Of a stretch of 64,000 nucleotides of DNA, positions 58,816 to 64,000 are shown one piece after another; the first letter of the stretch is position 1, and each line of letters begins with the position of its first letter. Under the pieces are notes generated by a model, which made no database searches, was not told the DNA's origin, and saw only the letters and a program-made list of their open reading frames with translations. The translations under genes were made by a program, and so were the position numbers. This stretch comes from the human T2T-CHM13v2.0 reference genome, Homo sapiens: NCBI RefSeq assembly GCF_009914755.1, contig NC_060933.1. One strand, 5' to 3'.

Positions 58816-58939
58816 ACATCCAGTATCACTGAATACTGCTCAACAATAGAGAGGAGAAGCTGTTGATACATGCAGCAGCATGCATAAATCTCAAAAGCAC
58901 TGTGAAATAGAAACCGTTCAAAAACAAAACTATAGGATC

Positions 58940-60450
58940 AATACTATCCAAAGCAATCTATAGATTCAATACAATCCCTATCAAAATCCCAACGTTTTCT
59001 GCAGAAAAAAATTATATTCTAGGACTCACATGAAATCTCAAGGAACCAAAAGTAGCCAAAACATTTTTGAAAAAGAAAGTTGGAGGTCTCCCACTTTCTG
59101 ATTTCAAAGTTTACTACAAAGCTACAGAAATCAAAACAGTGTGATGCTGGTATTAAAAAAAAATACATACAGACCAATGAAATAGAGTCTAGTCCAGAAA
59201 TAATCTTCTGCATAAAAGATCAAACGATTTTTGACAAGGTAGCCAAGACTATTCAATGGGGAGAAGACATTCTTTTCAAAAATGATGCGCGAGAACTGGT
59301 TATCCACACGCAAAAGAATAAGTTTGGACCCTTACCTTACACCATATACAAAAATTAATTCAAAATACATCAAAGGCTTAAATATAAGAACTATAAATTT
59401 GTTAGAAGAAAACATAGGGTAAAAGCTTCAAGCATTGCATTTGACAATAGGATTTCTTGGATATGACACCAAAAGCACAGGCAATAAAACAAAGACAGAT
59501 AAACTGGACTTAATCAAAATAAACAGTTGTGTTTATTAAAGTATATTATCAACAGAATGAAAAGGTAACCAAAGAATGGGAGAAAATATTTGCAAGTCAC
59601 ATATCTGATAGGAGATCATTATACAGACTATATAAAAATATTCTTCAATTCAACAACAAAAAACAATGTAATTAAAATATGAGCAATGGACTTGAAAAGA
59701 CATTTCTTCAAAACAGATACGCAAATGGAATTAGAATATGAAAAGATTTTCAACATCTCTAATCACTTAGGGAGATGCAAATCAAAACTACAATAAGATA
59801 CCACTTCACATCACTTCATATTTTAGGATGGACAGTATATTTTAATACAGAAAATACAGAAAATAACAAGTGTTGGTAAGGATGTAGAGAAATTAGAAGC
59901 CTGTGCACTGTTGCTGGGGATATAAAATGGTACAGCCATTATGGAAAACTGTATTGCAGTTCCTCAAAAAAATTAAAAATAGAATTACCATACAATTCAC
60001 TAACTCCATTCTGGGTATATACCTGAAAGAATTAAAAGCAGGGCTTCAAAGAGATATTTGCACACCCATGCTCACTGCAGCATTATTCATAATAGCCAGA
60101 AGATGGATGCAACCTGAGTGTTCATCAGTGGATGAATGGATAAACAAAATGTGGTATACATATACAATAGGATAAAATTCTGCTTTAAAAGGGAAAGAAA
60201 TCCTGACATGTGGCAACAGGATGAACCTTGAAAACGTCATGCTAAGTGAAATAAGCCAGCCACAAAATGACAAATTGTACATGATTTCACTTACATGAGA
60301 TGCCTAGAGTAGTCAAATCCATAAAGAAAAAGTAGAATGGTAATTGCAGGGAGTAAAGAGAATGAAATGGGGATTTAATGTGTAATGGGAATGGAGTTTC
60401 AATTTGGGAAAATGAAAAATTTCTAGAGATGGATAGTGATGATGGTTGCA
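58940..60450 (+). mobile_element. L1MB ORF2 3' part plus 3'UTR
   Basis: ORF2 C-terminal peptides ([16 protein letters not shown]; DEWINKMWY) and L1MB 3'UTR 'ttctagagatggatagtgatgatggttgca'. Confidence 0.85.
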
Positions 60451-61085
60451 TAAAAAAGTACCTTATCAAGATTATAAAGAAAATAAGCATGATTACATAT
60501 GTCACATCCTTTCCTGACTTTTTGTGATAACACTTTTCTCAATCCTCAGAAGCAATGTCTTTCCAGTTTCTTTGTACCATTGTTTCTTTACTACCATCTC
60601 ACTCCCTGACCTGGAGGGAACCAAAGACCAGATTACGTTCTAGACTTGGTTGGCTCTCTCAGCCCTACTGGACATCCTATATATCTAGAAGCTGGCAATT
60701 CTTTTTATAATAGCTTTATGGTTCAGTAAAGAACAACGTATCTATGAGGGGAAACAATTGATAGAAATAGAAAGGTTTTTTGTTTGTTTATTTGTTTGCT
60801 TTTTGTTCTAGACAAAATAATGTAACACAGAGGACATTTAGTCCTCTGGGAATTATGGTGAGAACCTGTGAACATGAAACTATCCTTCCCTAATTCCCTG
60901 AAAACATTCCAAAGGGGGAAAACAAAAGAGGGCAACAGCTGCAGAAACAACAGAGCACAGATGTGGTTTCAATCAGACAGTGTACTGTATGAATTCATAC
61001 ATATCCATTATTAGTGCTTTAAACTCACTTCAAGCAACAGTTCTTCAGTGAGAAACTTTTAGTCCTATAGCAATCTATTTACACC

Positions 61086-61379
61086 TTTTTTTTTTTTTTT
61101 GACAGAATCTCGCTATTGTCACCCAGGCTGGAGTGCAGTGGCGCAATCTAGGCTTACTGCAACCTCTGCCTCCCAGGTTTGAGCAATTCTTCTGCCTCAG
61201 CCAAGTAGCTGGGATTACAGAGGTCTGCCACCATGCCCGGCGAATATCTGTATTTTTCATAGAGATGGGGGTTTCACCATATTGGCCAGGCTGGTCTCGA
61301 ATATCTGACCTCAGGTAATCTGCCTGCCTCCACCTCTGAAAGTGTATGGATTACAGGCATGAGTCAACTGCACCCGGCC
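61086..61379 (-). mobile_element. AluS
   Basis: Poly-T plus antisense Alu. Confidence 0.92.
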
Positions 61380-62892
61380 CTGATTCCACATATTTCTGTG
61401 TCCTACATGGCAGTGGTCATCTTTCTCCGTTACAAGGTAAGACCTTCAGGCTTTTACTTTTCATTGTACATACTTTTACAATTTTAATATGTTTTTAAAA
61501 ATATCTATACTAGTATACTGCATTGTGTGATTTTAAATACAAATCTTAATAAAATGATAACAATACCTACATAACAAAGATGCTAGGAAGATTGGTGATA
61601 AGTTTAACACCTGGCACAATGATTGGCTCACATAAGGTTCTCAATGAAAGAAAGTCAGTTACTATGGCCATCCTTCATCTTCAAAGCTTTATGACTTAAT
61701 TAGAAGCTTCACATGTGAAAGTTAGCCAATTTTTAATTGTCGCAGTGAACATCTATATTTTTTTGCTACATAATGGTTAAATAATATCAATAATCATGAC
61801 ATGATTTTTATGGAATTTATTTTAAAAACAAGCTATGGTTTAATGTCTTTAATGAATTAAATTAATGTATATTCCTAGAGTCACCATGATTTGAAGACCA
61901 AAAAATGATTACAAAATCCTGACTGTGATGAGTATAGGAATCTAGTTGCAAGCTTATAAATAGCACCAAAATCTTTGACATAGACTATTACACATTTGTA
62001 GTTTTAAATGCCTTCATAGATCTGTGACTGAAATATCAACACTATTTGTTATCTCCATACTTCAATGTTACATAAAATAATTACTCTTATATGATTAATG
62101 GTTGCAATAAATATGTAATTAGAATTATATGTGACAGCATCATGGTCTACAGAATAGTTTATCTAATTAAAATTTCAACTGTGAAACTTCAATTTTGATT
62201 AATTTTTATAAAAATCTGCTACTCAAATATTTAAGATAACACTCCTCTAACCTCTTTTACATATGTTTCTATGAGTCAGGTAGCTAGACCACACTGAAGT
62301 AGAAAGAAAAGTACATAATAATAATTGAAACATCTTTATTAAATAATACATACAGTTATGATATTATGCTTTTTAGTGAACAATTTCAGGGTATTTTTCA
62401 GCAACTAAGATGATTGATAAAAATGATTATATCAAATACTCTAGGATAGTAGAAGTGATACTTGATTATTATAAGTCAAGGGACTGACTTATAAATCTAT
62501 GTTCTCCTAGTCTTTTTTTCACTGTTTTAATTTATACTTTCATATTTATCCCTATGTTTATTTGATAAATAAATGAAGTATGACAGGCTTAGAGAAATTA
62601 TTCAGCCTACAATTTGTCTGTTGAATGTCCCTATATTACATTAAAGCATAAGGCTGTACTAAAAGAGTAAAGACACTTCAAGAGAAAGGACCACAGGTAT
62701 GTGAGGTGCATGACATTTTCATTCAGCTTTATGCTCCCAGCACATCCAGGACATATTTGCTCCCTAGGGAATTTAGCCCTAAGATACTCTCTCTACACAA
62801 TGTCAGTCAACAGCACATACAGCAATACTCATTTTTTAAAAATGGCCAAGTACAATTAACATTACTAAAAGTAGGCACCTGAATGGTGCAAT

Positions 62893-63275
62893 TCTGTAGG
62901 TTGTCTAATTATTCTGTTATTTTATTTTGCTGTGTAGAAGCTCTTTAGTATAATTAGGTCCCACTTGTCAATTTTTGTTTTTGTTGCAATTGCTTTTGGA
63001 GTCTTCATCATTGAATCTTTGCCAGGACCTATGTCCAGAATGGTATTTCATAGGTTATCTTCCAGAGTTTTATAGTTATAGGTTTTACATTTAAGTCTTT
63101 AAACCATCTTGAGTTAATTTTTATATAGTGAAAGGAACGGGTCCAGTTTCAATCTTCTGCATATGGCTAGCCAGTTCTCTCAGCACCATTTATTGAATAG
63201 GATATGCTTTCCCCCATTGCTTGTTATTGTCGATTTTGTCAAAGATCAGATAGTTGTAGGTATGTGGCTATATTT
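62893..63275 (-). mobile_element. L1PA/PB internal ORF2 fragment
   Basis: 'ttttgctgtgtagaagctctttag...ttcaatcttctgcatatggctagccagt...tcaaagatcaga'. Confidence 0.85.
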
Positions 63276-64000
63276 CTTAACCTGCCCTATATTACATGAC
63301 TAGTTAATACAGTGCCTGTACTGAAACTGAAGTCTGCTTGCCTTTAAACCTATTCAATCCCTCTCCAAATTTGGCTTCAACCTCATTCAACAATGAACCT
63401 TAAATTTAAGAGCTCATATGAATATGCTAAATTTCCAGACAAAATTGTTTTCCCCATATAAGCGGAAATTCCCTTGAAAGAAAAGACAGACAAAAAAAAA
63501 TCATCCTCAGAATGCTGTAGAAATGTTCTGTAAAAATCAAGATATTAAATATTTCCTTCCACATGTATTTTCTACAACTTTGTTTTTGATTCATTATTTT
63601 TGTGGTGGTAGTTATTTCTGTTGGAAATATTGAGAAAAACAACAAAATATTTAAGCAAAGTTAAAGGCAGAAGAGAGAAAACTGGAGCTGAATTAAAGCT
63701 ACTTCAGATCTGAAATTTGTCCCCCAGAATCTATCCAGTAGAAGGGAGAGCTAAGTCAAGTATCATAAGGGGAGAGAAAAGTCAAGTATCATAAATAAGG
63801 GAGAGTCTCGCAAGTTATTAATATTTATTAGCCATTGGATTGCTATATTTCTTAATTCTAAATCCCAAATTGAATAGGATCAGGAAAGAAATATTATAAA
63901 CTGGGGGTGGGAACACACTATAGAGAATTCAGTTAATTCTAGAAGCTGAAACAGCAGTGATACGTCGCAAGAGAAGAATGTGGAAAATTCTATTCCCTGT

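Overview
AT-rich, CpG-poor primate (most likely human or ape) genomic DNA that looks intronic or intergenic. No CpG island, recognisable protein-coding gene, CRISPR array or prokaryotic feature is visible. Much of the window is interspersed repeat: about 12 Alus; many L1 pieces from old L1M to hominoid L1PA; L2/MIR; MaLR and ERVL LTRs; and Tigger and hAT DNA-transposon derivatives. The ORFs in the supplied track that can be identified are L1 or Alu translations, and the rest look like chance. The best observations are: (1) a near-perfect 86-nt hairpin at 33185-33270 that matches no repeat I recognise; (2) a tailless 5S rRNA retropseudogene with a target-site duplication (TSD) at 39841-39916; (3) a chain of phase-compatible minus-strand candidate exons (30910-30993, 19700-19798, 14528-14576, possibly 4031-4129); (4) three 5'-inverted (twin-primed) L1 insertions, one nested and lacking its 3' end; (5) an L1 whose 5'UTR is fused directly to its 3' end inside one TSD; (6) a homeodomain-motif-rich unique segment at about 36540-36810. 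I see no evidence for a wholly new biological system. Repeat subfamily names come from recalled consensus motifs, and boundaries are approximate unless a TSD is quoted.
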